A program made the translations under genes and the position numbers. From contig OZ246411.1 in assembly GCA_965231055.1 (NCBI GenBank), forward strand, positions 277,041-341,040: a DNA stretch of 64,000 nucleotides. Direction: 5' to 3'. A model generated the notes under the pieces. It had not been told where the DNA came from and did no database searches. It saw only the letters and a program-made list of their open reading frames with translations. Below are positions 28,594-38,028 of the stretch, in pieces. Source of the DNA: an uncultured Candidatus Saccharibacteria bacterium (GTDB taxonomy: Bacteria > Patescibacteriota > CALEFQ01 > G965231055). The first letter of the stretch is position 1; every line of letters starts with the position of its first letter.

Positions 28594-29958
28594 TTATTTC
28601 TCTTTTGGAAGCGAAATACTAAAGACAGATCCTTTTTCTAACTTGCTCTCCACCCAGATTTTACCTTTGTGTCTTTCCACTATGTTTTTGCATATAAATA
28701 ATCCAAGTCCCGTTCCTTTTACCGAAATTTTTGATGCATTGCTGGCTCTGAAAAATTTTGCGAATAGTTTGGAAATTTCTTTTTCAGGTATTCCTATTCC
28801 ACTATCTTTGATTTCAAGCGTGACGTATTTATTTTTTATCTGAGTTCCTTTTGTGCTTTTTCCATCCTTGGTTGTTGGATACTTTATTCTTATCGAAACT
28901 TTGCCATTCACGGGAGTATATTCTATGGCGTTTTCGATAAGATTTATCACCACTTGCTTTATGTGAGCTTCGTCAATTCTAAATTCAGGTATTTTTTTGG
29001 ATTTGAATTGTAGGGATATTTTTTTAAGTCTAGCTTTTTCTGAGAATTTTTCGATAACCTCGGAAATTATTTTTTCAAATGAGACAACTTTTTTATCAAG
29101 TCTCACTCTCCCCTCTTCTATTCTTGAAACATTTAAAAGATCATTAACTATTTCTATCATGTCTTGGTTTGTCCTTGCGGATTGGTTTACTATGTCTAGC
29201 TCTTTGTTTTTATCAAAATCAATTTGATTCAGTTTCATCTTCTGAAGCAATTCCAGGTTCCACCTGAGTATAGCGAGTGGAGTTTTTAGTTGATGCGATG
29301 CCATGGAGACAAAGTCTGTCTTCATTGTATCCATTTCTTTTTCCCTCGTGATGTCGTCTAGTAGCTTCACGACTCCCAAAACTTTTCCAGACGGATTCAT
29401 AACTGGTGTGGTAACAATTTTTAGCATTCTTTTTCTCGGGAAATCTATTTCTATTTCTTCTCGTATTGGCTCAAGTTTTTTGAAATTTTTTATATCAACG
29501 GTATTTTTAAGTACCTTGTTTAACGAAGAAAAAGTTTTTGTTTTTTTGTGTCCCGCCTTGTATCCCAGAGCTTCCTCTGATGAAATTCCGAGTATGTGTT
29601 CGGCTCGTGGATTTATCATTGTTACATTTTCATCTCGACTTAGCATAATCAAGCCATCAGCTAAAAAATTTATAATAGCTCTTATTTTTTCTTCTTCTAT
29701 TTGAAGCATTCTTTTTGCTCGTGAAATCTTTTCTACCCCAGAAGATACTAAGTATGCGAGAGTGATCATGGAGATTGCTATGATTGCCACTCCTAACATG
29801 ACTATATCTGGGGAATAATAATTTTTGGCAAGTATGTATGTGCCCACTTCCACTATCGCGGTGATTATTCCTATAAAGGAAAAAAGAAAATTAGGGCACT
29901 CCCATATAGAGAGTCCTTCGTCATGGCACGAACGAAAAAATTTCTTATAAAACGACAA
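28594..29958 (-). CDS. Sensor histidine kinase (TM, PAS, HisKA, HATPase_c)
   Basis: H-box SHQLKTPLAILRWNLELL. N, G1 and G2 boxes (GTGLGLFICKNIVERHKGKIWV). Confidence 0.8.
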   Translation of the reverse strand: MSFYKKFFRSCHDEGLSIWECPNFLFSFIGIITAIVEVGTYILAKNYYSPDIVMLGVAIIAISMITLAYLVSSGVEKISRAKRMLQIEEEKIRAIINFLADGLIMLSRDENVTMINPRAEHILGISSEEALGYKAGHKKTKTFSSLNKVLKNTVDIKNFKKLEPIREEIEIDFPRKRMLKIVTTPVMNPSGKVLGVVKLLDDITREKEMDTMKTDFVSMASHQLKTPLAILRWNLELLQKMKLNQIDFDKNKELDIVNQSARTNQDMIEIVNDLLNVSRIEEGRVRLDKKVVSFEKIISEVIEKFSEKARLKKISLQFKSKKIPEFRIDEAHIKQVVINLIENAIEYTPVNGKVSIRIKYPTTKDGKSTKGTQIKNKYVTLEIKDSGIGIPEKEISKLFAKFFRASNASKISVKGTGLGLFICKNIVERHKGKIWVESKLEKGSVFSISLPKEK

Positions 29959-29988
29959 GATTTTTATTTATGTTTTAAAATATTTTTG

Positions 29989-31536
29989 TTAGATCAGTGA
30001 TTGTCCGGTCATTTCTAGTGGTTTTTCTAGTTCCATTAATTTTAATATGGTAGGAGATATATCTCCCAATATCCCATCTTTCATTTTTTTGTGTTTTTTC
30101 CCGTACTCAACTAATACTACAGGCACAGGATTTTTTGAGTGAGATGTTTTTGGACTTCCATCCGGATATATCATTTCTTCTATATTTCCGTGGTCAGCTG
30201 TTATCAAAACTTTTCCATGTTTTTGCATAACTTTCGAAACTACTTTTTTGATCTCTCCATCCAAAAATTCCAAAGCCCTTACGGCAGAAGGAATATCTCC
30301 GGTGTGCCCTAGCATATCTGGATTTGCATAGTTCATTACAGTGAGATCTGGATAGTGTTTGTTGTATAGCGACGATACTACTCTTTTTGTGATTTCAGAT
30401 GCGCTCATCTCGGGTGCCATGGCATATGAAGTTACGTCTTTTGATTTGATCATTATTCTCTTTTCATTTTTGGCAAGTATCGCAGATCCTCCGTGAAAGA
30501 AAAAAGCAACTGGAGCAAATTTTTCTTCTTCAGCAATATACATCTGTGTGAGATTCTCTTGTTTTGCAATAAAAGCTGGAAGTGAATTGTGAACATAGGA
30601 AGAGGGAAATGCTATGGACATAGGAAGATCATCCCCGAAGCTAGTCATGCCCGTGAAATACAAGTTATCAATTTTCTTGCCTCTATTGAAAAAATTAAAT
30701 GCAGGAAGTACGAAGGGTTTGGTTAGTTGTCTCGTTCTGTCTGATCTAAGGTTGTAAAAAATAAAAGCATCTTTGTTTTTTACGAGTGAACCATCTTTTT
30801 TTGGGTCCCCTATTATTGTTGGTTCTATTTGAAAATCATCGAGCCCTTGTTTGTATGCTTTGTTCAGTGCTTCCTCTGGTGTTTTTGCATGAAGTCCTAT
30901 TCCATGGACGATAGCGTCGTAAGCTTTTTTTGTACGATCATATTTGTGTGCCCTATCCATAGCATAATATCTTCCCATCACTGTGGCTATGTGCCCTACC
31001 CCTAGTTTTTTTATTTTCTGTTCAAGTAATTTTATAAATCCAGATGCACTTCGTGGAGCAGAATCTCGCCCATCAGTTATCGCATGAATTTCTACTTTTG
31101 AAATATTTTGTTTTTTGCAAAGCTTGAGAAGTGCAAACAAATGATTTATATCACCGTGTACTTTTCCGTCGCTTAGAATTCCGACCAAGTGCAGGGCGGA
31201 TTTATTTTCTCTGGCGTGATTCATCGCAGCGAGCAGTGTCGGGTTTTGGAAAAAAACACCGCTTTCAATCGCATTGTCTATTATAGTGAGTTCTTGTTCT
31301 ACTACTCTCCCCGCTCCCATGTGCATGTGCCCTACTTCAGAATTTCCCATAAGTCCCACCGGAAGCCCCACGCTTTCGCAACAAGTCTGGACGTAGGAAA
31401 CAGGACACTCTTTTTTTAGCGAATCAAAAAAAGGCATTCGTGCAAGTTTTATTGCGTTGCCTGGATAGTTTTTTCCTTCACCAAAACCATCCAAAATCAT
31501 CAATACGGTTGGCGGTTTTTTTGCGTGAGTTTGCAA
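29989..31536 (-). CDS. gpmI: 2,3-bisphosphoglycerate-independent phosphoglycerate mutase
   Basis: iPGM family. Catalytic Ser region and metal-binding His/Asp motifs. 515 aa. Confidence 0.9.
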   Translation of the reverse strand: MQTHAKKPPTVLMILDGFGEGKNYPGNAIKLARMPFFDSLKKECPVSYVQTCCESVGLPVGLMGNSEVGHMHMGAGRVVEQELTIIDNAIESGVFFQNPTLLAAMNHARENKSALHLVGILSDGKVHGDINHLFALLKLCKKQNISKVEIHAITDGRDSAPRSASGFIKLLEQKIKKLGVGHIATVMGRYYAMDRAHKYDRTKKAYDAIVHGIGLHAKTPEEALNKAYKQGLDDFQIEPTIIGDPKKDGSLVKNKDAFIFYNLRSDRTRQLTKPFVLPAFNFFNRGKKIDNLYFTGMTSFGDDLPMSIAFPSSYVHNSLPAFIAKQENLTQMYIAEEEKFAPVAFFFHGGSAILAKNEKRIMIKSKDVTSYAMAPEMSASEITKRVVSSLYNKHYPDLTVMNYANPDMLGHTGDIPSAVRALEFLDGEIKKVVSKVMQKHGKVLITADHGNIEEMIYPDGSPKTSHSKNPVPVVLVEYGKKHKKMKDGILGDISPTILKLMELEKPLEMTGQSLI

Positions 31537-31642
31537 TTTATTTTTTGTGTTTCTATTTCAAAGCTGTTTGTTTATTATATCACAAATTGCTGACTTAATA
31601 AAGGTTGAAAAAAAGAAATTTCTGTGCGATAGTATTTTACGT

Positions 31643-31719
31643 GTCCCTGTAGCTCAACTGGATAGAGCAATTCCGTCCTAAGGAAGAGGTTGCAGGTTCA
31701 ACTCCTGCCAGGGACGCCA
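31643..31719 (+). tRNA. tRNA-Arg (CCU)
   Basis: Acceptor GTCCCTG/CAGGGAC, anticodon loop GTCCTAA, T-arm GCAGG-TTCAACT-CCTGC, CCA encoded. Confidence 0.75.
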
Positions 31720-31984
31720 CTTACGAGAAGTTTTAGAAGGATTGGGTTTTAGGTGTTAGGTTTTGAGTTTTAGATGAACTAGTAGAACTAGAAGGATTGG
31801 GTTTGAGGTGGTAGGTATTAAGTCCTTAAAGATTAGTATTGGCAGAAGAAACGATATTGTATTACAGACCATATTGACATAATTTGATATCGTTGTGTGA
31901 TATGGCAATCAAATAATTATAACACCCTTTTATCAAATTTAGCGCTGAATCACTCTTATCTATATTTAGCCAAAAAATGAAAAA

Positions 31985-33430
31985 ATGGCACTAAAAATGT
32001 TCCACGTGGAACAAATTGGATTCAAAAAACTCATTTCATATATCAAAAATAGGCCAATTCAAATATTGGCTTATTTGTTTTTTCTATCTATCCCCTTTCA
32101 GATCCGAAAAGTGCTTTTTGTTTTTGGTCCAGAAGTCAATAATTTCTTTCCCGAATGGGAGTCGGTTTTTATTTATGCATCTGATATTGTTTGGCTTTTG
32201 TTTATCTGCGTTGCTGTTTTCTTTGTCATTAGAAACAAAATTAGGGTCGCTAGCAAATACCAGATATATATTGCAATCTTGCTTTTTACTTCTGTGATAA
32301 TTGGTCTATGGACTAATTTTAACTGGGTTTCGCTTTATAGATTTGTAGTTATTCTACAAGTGATATTAATTGCGTTTATTGCCGTGATTTATCGTAACAA
32401 ACTAAAGTGGGCTTTTTTATACTCCTCATTTGCCACTGCTATTTGGACTTCGGTTATCGGCATAGTCCAATTCGCTATTCAGCGTTCAATTGGCGTGCGC
32501 TGGCTTTTTGAATCCATCCTTTCGGTAGATCTTAATAATGTGGCAAAAGTTGTAACTCCAGATGCGGTATATTTGCGAGCATATAGTATTTTTCCACATC
32601 CCAATGTTTTTGCATTTTTCCTTCTAATAGGACTGGTCTCGGGTATTGTTATTTTGCTGTCATGCAAAAAAAATAGGGGGAGGATTGTCGCTCTAATTAG
32701 CAATGCATTGATTGGAGTTGCCTTGTTTTTCACATTTTCAAGGAGTGTTTGGGTAGTTGCATTACTGTCTTTACTAGCTATTTCAGCTTATATTTTTTAT
32801 AGAAAAAGAGGGGAGAGTGGAATTTACAAAAGTGAAGAGTCTCTAAGACAAGGCAATATTTTCGAAAAGCTACTAAAAAATGTTCCACGTGGAACATTTT
32901 TTATGCAAATGGTTTTATTGCTAATTATATTGATAGCGCTTGGTTGGATTTATTTTCCATTAGTATTTTCCAGAGTGACTAGTTATGATGCAAATGGTGA
33001 TATAGCTTTGACCGCTAGAATTTCGGCACTTGAGTGGGGGAGTCGGGCTTTGCAAAAAAATGAGCTTTTTGGTGTGGGTACTGGGAACTATGTTTCTTGG
33101 CTTAGAGCAAATCACGCAGATCTAGAATATTGGGAGTACCAACCAGTTCCAAATTCTCTTATCCTTTTAATAGCTGAAACCGGCTTTGTTGGTTTTTTCT
33201 TAGTAACTTTATTCTTTGTTTTAATTATGATTCGTGGAACCAATATGCTGAGGGGTTATTACGTGAAACAAAAAATGTTCCACGTGGAACATTTTGTTGA
33301 TTTCGCTTTATTTATACTTTTTATATCTATATTGCTACTTTCCCTTTTTGACCACTATGTTTGGACTAGTCATCAGGTGGTTTTAGTCTCTGCAGTAGTA
33401 CTGGGCCTTAGTTTTAATAACAAAAAATAG
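31985..33430 (+). CDS. O-antigen ligase/polymerase-like (Wzy_C family) polytopic membrane protein
   Basis: About 12 TM helices and a periplasmic loop, Wzy_C-like topology. Contains three copies of a perfect palindrome (see repeats). Confidence 0.55.
   Translation: MALKMFHVEQIGFKKLISYIKNRPIQILAYLFFLSIPFQIRKVLFVFGPEVNNFFPEWESVFIYASDIVWLLFICVAVFFVIRNKIRVASKYQIYIAILLFTSVIIGLWTNFNWVSLYRFVVILQVILIAFIAVIYRNKLKWAFLYSSFATAIWTSVIGIVQFAIQRSIGVRWLFESILSVDLNNVAKVVTPDAVYLRAYSIFPHPNVFAFFLLIGLVSGIVILLSCKKNRGRIVALISNALIGVALFFTFSRSVWVVALLSLLAISAYIFYRKRGESGIYKSEESLRQGNIFEKLLKNVPRGTFFMQMVLLLIILIALGWIYFPLVFSRVTSYDANGDIALTARISALEWGSRALQKNELFGVGTGNYVSWLRANHADLEYWEYQPVPNSLILLIAETGFVGFFLVTLFFVLIMIRGTNMLRGYYVKQKMFHVEHFVDFALFILFISILLLSLFDHYVWTSHQVVLVSAVVLGLSFNNKK
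31993..32015. repeat. Palindrome copy 1 (aaaaaTGTTCCACGTGGAACAaa) at the 5' end of the ligase-like gene
   Basis: 16-nt perfect palindromic core identical to copies 2 and 3. Confidence 0.9.
32875..32902. repeat. Palindrome copy 2: 28-bp perfect palindrome AAAAAATGTTCCACGTGGAACATTTTTT
   Basis: Equals its own reverse complement. Lies in a different reading frame from copies 1 and 3. Confidence 0.9.
33270..33295. repeat. Palindrome copy 3 (AAAAAATGTTCCACGTGGAACATTTT)
   Basis: Same 16-nt core flanked by an A-run and a T-run. Confidence 0.9.
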
Positions 33431-33463
33431 TGTTCGTATTTTGTTCGTACTAAATACTATCTA

Positions 33464-33742
33464 TTATAATTGAATATTGAGTTTGGTGATTAGCTTGTCT
33501 CCCCAGTTTTCTAAGATGCCGTATTTCTTATCGGCGATAGATAGAGCCACAAAAATCGTTACAATAACAAGCGTTGATACAAGTATCATAACCATATCAC
33601 GTCTCGCCGTGATTTTTTTATTAGTCAAAACTGGATTGTTTTCTATCTTCTCTACTTCTTTGACTGGTGACTTGATTTCATTGGCAACGGGACTATCTCC
33701 TGTTGTTTTTTGTTGTCTTCTTTGTTTTCGTGAAAGTTTCAT
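33464..33742 (-). CDS. Small membrane protein (92 aa)
   Basis: Basic N-terminus and one TM helix (MVMILVSTLVIVTIFVALSIA). Confidence 0.35.
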   Translation of the reverse strand: MKLSRKQRRQQKTTGDSPVANEIKSPVKEVEKIENNPVLTNKKITARRDMVMILVSTLVIVTIFVALSIADKKYGILENWGDKLITKLNIQL

Positions 33743-33860
33743 GTTTTATTGTTATTGTAATAATAGTATAATGATATATAGGCACAATTGCAATAAATAA
33801 TTTTTTAGTTGTCTTTGTTTTTGCTGTTTTTTAGGGTATATTGTATAGATAAAAGAAATT

Positions 33861-34316
33861 ATGGATATAATCATTTTGGTATCAATTATTGTGTCAGTAG
33901 CATCCCTCGCTATTTCTTTGTATTTGATTTTGAAGTTGAGAAAAATTCAAAATTCCCAAAAGATTCTATTTGAAGGAAAGGATGCAAAAAATCTTGAGCA
34001 GATAGTTATGGATATGGTGAAGAGGGGACAGAGAAATGAAAATGACATAAAAGAGATTTACAAAATCACCGATGATACTTCTGGTATTCTTGACGGTGCT
34101 ATAAAAAAGATAAAGGCGATACGATACAATCCTTTTGGTGACAAGGGAGGCGATCAGAGTTTTTCAGTGGCACTTCTTGATTCTCATGACAATGGAATAA
34201 TAATTTCAAGTTTACATTTGAGACAAGCGAGCAGGGTATTTTGTAAACCCATTACCAAGGGAGAATCAAAATATATTCTAACTGATGAAGAAAAAGAATT
34301 ACTAAATAAAAAATAA
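33861..34316 (+). CDS. Membrane-anchored hypothetical protein (DUF4446-like?)
   Basis: N-terminal TM, then an IRYNPFGDKGGDQSFSVALLD segment. Confidence 0.35.
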   Translation: MDIIILVSIIVSVASLAISLYLILKLRKIQNSQKILFEGKDAKNLEQIVMDMVKRGQRNENDIKEIYKITDDTSGILDGAIKKIKAIRYNPFGDKGGDQSFSVALLDSHDNGIIISSLHLRQASRVFCKPITKGESKYILTDEEKELLNKK

Positions 34317-34330
34317 TTTAACAAAAAAAT

Positions 34331-34726
34331 ATGGCAATGTTTTCAAAAAAACCAGATGAAAATTCTTCAGAAGAAATAACTTCCGATGAAACAATCATAG
34401 GTCCTTCGGTAAAGCTTGAAGGAGAAATCAAGAGCAATGGAAATCTAAAGATAGAGGGTGAAGTTGTGGGAAAAATAGATGTGAAGGGCGAACTTTTTGT
34501 GGGAGAAGATGCGAAAATAGATGCTGATATTGTAGCTGGCAGAGCCAAGATACTTGGGAAAATTACTGGAAATATAGTGGTTGCTGATGAGCTTGAGCTT
34601 GGAGAGAAATCAGAACTTCTTGGTGATGTTACGACCAAGCTACTTTCTGTGAGCAGGGGAGCGAAACTCAAAGGACAGTGCAATATGGGAGAAGATCTTT
34701 CGCAAATCAAATCTTCCAAGAAATAA
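34331..34726 (+). CDS. Bactofilin (polymer-forming cytoskeletal protein)
   Basis: Beta-helical repeats: GPSVKLEGEIKSNGNLKIEGEVVGKIDVKGELFVGEDAKIDADIVAGRAKILGKITGNIVV. Confidence 0.75.
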   Translation: MAMFSKKPDENSSEEITSDETIIGPSVKLEGEIKSNGNLKIEGEVVGKIDVKGELFVGEDAKIDADIVAGRAKILGKITGNIVVADELELGEKSELLGDVTTKLLSVSRGAKLKGQCNMGEDLSQIKSSKK

Positions 34727-34788
34727 TTTAGCTATCTCCTAAAACCTCTAATACTTCTATTTCCACTAATCCTTCTAACCTCCGATAA

Positions 34789-35610
34789 ATGTATTGCTAT
34801 ATATATGATAAAATTGCTTCAGACTCAAGATACAAAAGACTCGTTTCTGATATAGAAAATCGGCTTACCGACCTTGGTCTACAAGGCGAGGTGGAAAGAG
34901 TTACTCCTATTAGAACTGTTTCTTCTTGTATAGAACTCTCTGCTGGTCGCAAATGTAGTACTTTGGTAATCGTTGGTGATGATGATTCATTTTCTCGAGC
35001 TATCACTTGCGCTGTAAATTTGGGAGTGGTTGTGGGATTTATTCCTATAAGACAAGGTGTGATTTCGGAAATACTAGGTATTCCTAAAGGAGTTAGTGCT
35101 TGCGAGGTCTTATCAAAAAGAAAAATTGAAAAAGTTGATTTAGGAAAAGTCGAGGGTAGCTATTTTCTTACTACCGCCGAAATTTCAGCCAAAAAAAGTT
35201 CTACCAAAAATATTTTTGGTATTGTTACTGATAGTTTCGCAAAGGATACAAATGTGAAAATAAATATAGATGGTAAATTTGATGTGTCTTCGTCAATAGC
35301 TGGTATAAGGATCGTAAATATGGATCCGATGAGTCCTGGTTCATATGACATCTCAGATGGACTTTTGAATCTGGTAATAATTCCCAAAGAGGATTATGCT
35401 ATAAAGGATAGAGCCTTCAAAAAAGGTGAGTGGAGTGCGGTAACTGCAAAAACAGAAATAGCATTCAAGCGAGCGAGTGTGTTTGGTCCAAGAGCGCTTA
35501 GGGTATCTGTTGACGGTAGAGGAATTACTAAGCTCCCTGTTAATATTGAAGTGGCGCCCAAAAAATTGAGTGTCATTGTTGGTGGTAAAAGGTTACTGGA
35601 GAAACAATAA
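34789..35610 (+). CDS. DAGK_cat/YegS-like lipid kinase family protein (degenerate)
   Basis: LVIVGDDDS in the GGDGT position. IPIRQGVISEILGIP resembles the lP.GT.N.fa..lgi motif. Confidence 0.4.
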   Translation: MYCYIYDKIASDSRYKRLVSDIENRLTDLGLQGEVERVTPIRTVSSCIELSAGRKCSTLVIVGDDDSFSRAITCAVNLGVVVGFIPIRQGVISEILGIPKGVSACEVLSKRKIEKVDLGKVEGSYFLTTAEISAKKSSTKNIFGIVTDSFAKDTNVKINIDGKFDVSSSIAGIRIVNMDPMSPGSYDISDGLLNLVIIPKEDYAIKDRAFKKGEWSAVTAKTEIAFKRASVFGPRALRVSVDGRGITKLPVNIEVAPKKLSVIVGGKRLLEKQ

Positions 35611-35632
35611 AATTAATTTTTAATAAAAAAAA

Positions 35633-36091
35633 GTGGCCACAAAAATAGAAAAATTTTATAAAAAGCTTTTGAGATTTTTGGGATGGCTTTTGGACAATAT
35701 TCCAAACAAAGCTCCTTGGCTCGCGTATTTTGTCATATTTGCTATATCTTTTATAATCTTTTGGTTCAATGGATTGTTTGTGCTAATGGTTGTTTACGCT
35801 ATATTCCTTTGGATCGTTGCTGGTGTGATGATTTTGGTTACAACTATGGATAAAATCAAAGGAGGAAAGGGGCTATTTCTCAAGGCTGTACGAAGTTTCA
35901 TGGCCAAAGGTGACGTAGACACCGAAACAGATGAAGAAATAGATCAAGAAAAAAGAGAAAAAAAAGTAGAAGATAAGGTAGTTGTGCAGCCAAAACAAAA
36001 AAAAGAAGAAAAAAAAGAAACCCCAGGTGGAGAAAAAAATAAATCAAATTTGCCAGGAATAGATGGGGGAGATGACGAGCCTGTTTATTAG
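35633..36091 (+). CDS. Hypothetical membrane protein with K/E-rich C-terminus
   Basis: Two TM helices, then a charged low-complexity tail. Confidence 0.4.
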   Translation: MATKIEKFYKKLLRFLGWLLDNIPNKAPWLAYFVIFAISFIIFWFNGLFVLMVVYAIFLWIVAGVMILVTTMDKIKGGKGLFLKAVRSFMAKGDVDTETDEEIDQEKREKKVEDKVVVQPKQKKEEKKETPGGEKNKSNLPGIDGGDDEPVY

Positions 36092-36203
36092 AATCTGAAA
36101 TTTAGAACTTTTTATACTCATCAATACGAAATAGAATTTTAATTTTTCCTGTTGACCAAGGGCGTTTTTTGGGGTAGTTTAGTTATATCAAATAATCTTA
36201 TTA

Positions 36204-38003
36204 ATGAATTCAGAAAACAAAGAACTTGAAATCATCAAAATTGATTCTCCTTTCACGGTGAAGGATTTTGCTTCAGCCTTATCAAAAACTCCTGCAGAAA
36301 TTGTTGCCAAGCTCATGGAAGATGGAGTTATGCTTACTATAAATGAAGTGATCGATGAAGAAATCGCTCAAATTATAGCGGAAGAATTTGGATACAAACT
36401 AAATATAAGCCAAAGAAATCCAGACGCAGATGAAAAAAGCTGCAAAGATAGACTTTGCGAATTGGTTGAGCTTGACGATCCAAAAAAGCAAAAGCCAAGA
36501 CCAGCTATCGTAACTATTATGGGACATGTTGATCATGGCAAAACCAAGCTTCTTGATGCTATAAGGACGACTGATGTGGTTTCAGGTGAAGCTGGTGGTA
36601 TCACTCAGCATATAGGCGCATATCAAATAGATAAAAAAGGTAAAAAAATTACTTTTTTGGATACTCCTGGGCACGAAGCTTTCGCAGCTATGCGTGCTAG
36701 AGGAGCAGAAGTGACTGATATTGTAGTCCTGGTAGTTGCTGCAAATGATGGTGTGAAACCACAAACCAAAGAAGCTATAGGACATGCCAAGGTGGCAAAG
36801 GTTCCTATTATTGTTGCTATAAATAAAATTGATCTTCCAGATGCTGATATAAATAGAACCAAAAAAGAACTTGCAGAGGCAGGTATTCTTACGGAGGGAT
36901 ACGGTGGAGACATAGTCACTGTTGAAGTTTCTGCAAAACAAGGTACGAACATAGATCAGCTTTTGGAAATGATAGTGCTCGTAGCAGATATGCAAGAATA
37001 CAAAGCAGATCCAACGAGAGAAGCGGTGGGCCCAGTGATAGAATCTCGAAAAGGAATAGAGGGTCCCGTGGCAACTGTGCTTATAAAAACAGGAACACTT
37101 CATAAAGGAGATGCTATAGTTGCGGGTACCGCATGTGGAATAGTAAGAAGAATGGAAGATTGGACTAAAAAAGAAGTTTTGGAAGCTTCTCCAGCTATGC
37201 CCGTGAGAGTGATAGGTTTTGATATTGTTCCCGAGGTGGGAGATATTTTGGAAGTAAAGAAAGATAAAAAAGCAGCTAGGATTATAGCGAATCACAGAAT
37301 AGCCACGGAAAGACTTAAAAAGCTCAAGGGTGTTGGTGAATTTGGACTAGTAGAAATGGCTAGAGCCATAAAACACGGTAAACTCAAGAAGCTCAACGTA
37401 GTACTAAAAGCTGATGTGGAAGGATCTCTCGAGGCAGTTGCAGCTTCTCTTGAAAAACTCAAAAACAATGAAGTTATGGTTCAAGTGCTTATGAAATCGG
37501 TTGGTATTATTTCGAAAAGTGATGTAATGATGGCAAAGGCATCGAAAGCTATCGTGATAGGATTCAATATTTCTATACCAGCAGAAGCAGCTGAGGTAGC
37601 AAAAAGAGAAGGTGTGGAAATAAAGACATATAAAATTATTTACGAACTTATTGATGAACTCAAGGCAGCCCTAGAAGGAATGCTTGCTCCTGAAATTATC
37701 GAAGAGAGTTTGGCAAAAATCAAAGTTTTGGCAGTCTTCAAGACTACAAAAAAAGAAATGATTTTTGGAGGACGTGTGATAGAGGGAAAAGCTATGAGAG
37801 GCGAAGGAGTTTTTGTAAAACTAACTAGAGATAAGAAAGAAATTTCTCGCGGAAAACTTATGGAACTTCAAGCTGAAAAAGAAAATTGTGCCGAAGTTAT
37901 AAAAGGCAAAGAAGCTGGCATGAGAGTTGAAGGAATTGAAGGCGTGAAAGAAGGAGATGTCGTAGAAATGTTTACCATCTCAGAAAAAGCTAGAAAAATT
38001 TAA
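36204..38003 (+). CDS. infB: Translation initiation factor IF-2
   Basis: G1 GHVDHGKTKLLD, DTPGHEAF and NKID G-motifs. IF2 C-terminal domains. Confidence 0.95.
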   Translation: MNSENKELEIIKIDSPFTVKDFASALSKTPAEIVAKLMEDGVMLTINEVIDEEIAQIIAEEFGYKLNISQRNPDADEKSCKDRLCELVELDDPKKQKPRPAIVTIMGHVDHGKTKLLDAIRTTDVVSGEAGGITQHIGAYQIDKKGKKITFLDTPGHEAFAAMRARGAEVTDIVVLVVAANDGVKPQTKEAIGHAKVAKVPIIVAINKIDLPDADINRTKKELAEAGILTEGYGGDIVTVEVSAKQGTNIDQLLEMIVLVADMQEYKADPTREAVGPVIESRKGIEGPVATVLIKTGTLHKGDAIVAGTACGIVRRMEDWTKKEVLEASPAMPVRVIGFDIVPEVGDILEVKKDKKAARIIANHRIATERLKKLKGVGEFGLVEMARAIKHGKLKKLNVVLKADVEGSLEAVAASLEKLKNNEVMVQVLMKSVGIISKSDVMMAKASKAIVIGFNISIPAEAAEVAKREGVEIKTYKIIYELIDELKAALEGMLAPEIIEESLAKIKVLAVFKTTKKEMIFGGRVIEGKAMRGEGVFVKLTRDKKEISRGKLMELQAEKENCAEVIKGKEAGMRVEGIEGVKEGDVVEMFTISEKARKI

Positions 38004-38028
38004 AAACTTTTCTTAGGAATATATAAAA

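Noticed and set aside
31720-31865. Considered a CRISPR array because of two 22-nt direct repeats about 63 nt apart.
   Set aside because: Only two degenerate copies, a spacer too long relative to the repeats, no cas genes nearby. The same motifs recur in a MITE-like block at 51.5 kb.
36582-37295. Minus-strand ORFs 36582-37295 and 36623-36952 inside infB.
   Set aside because: Antisense to a highly conserved GTPase gene, with no RBS.
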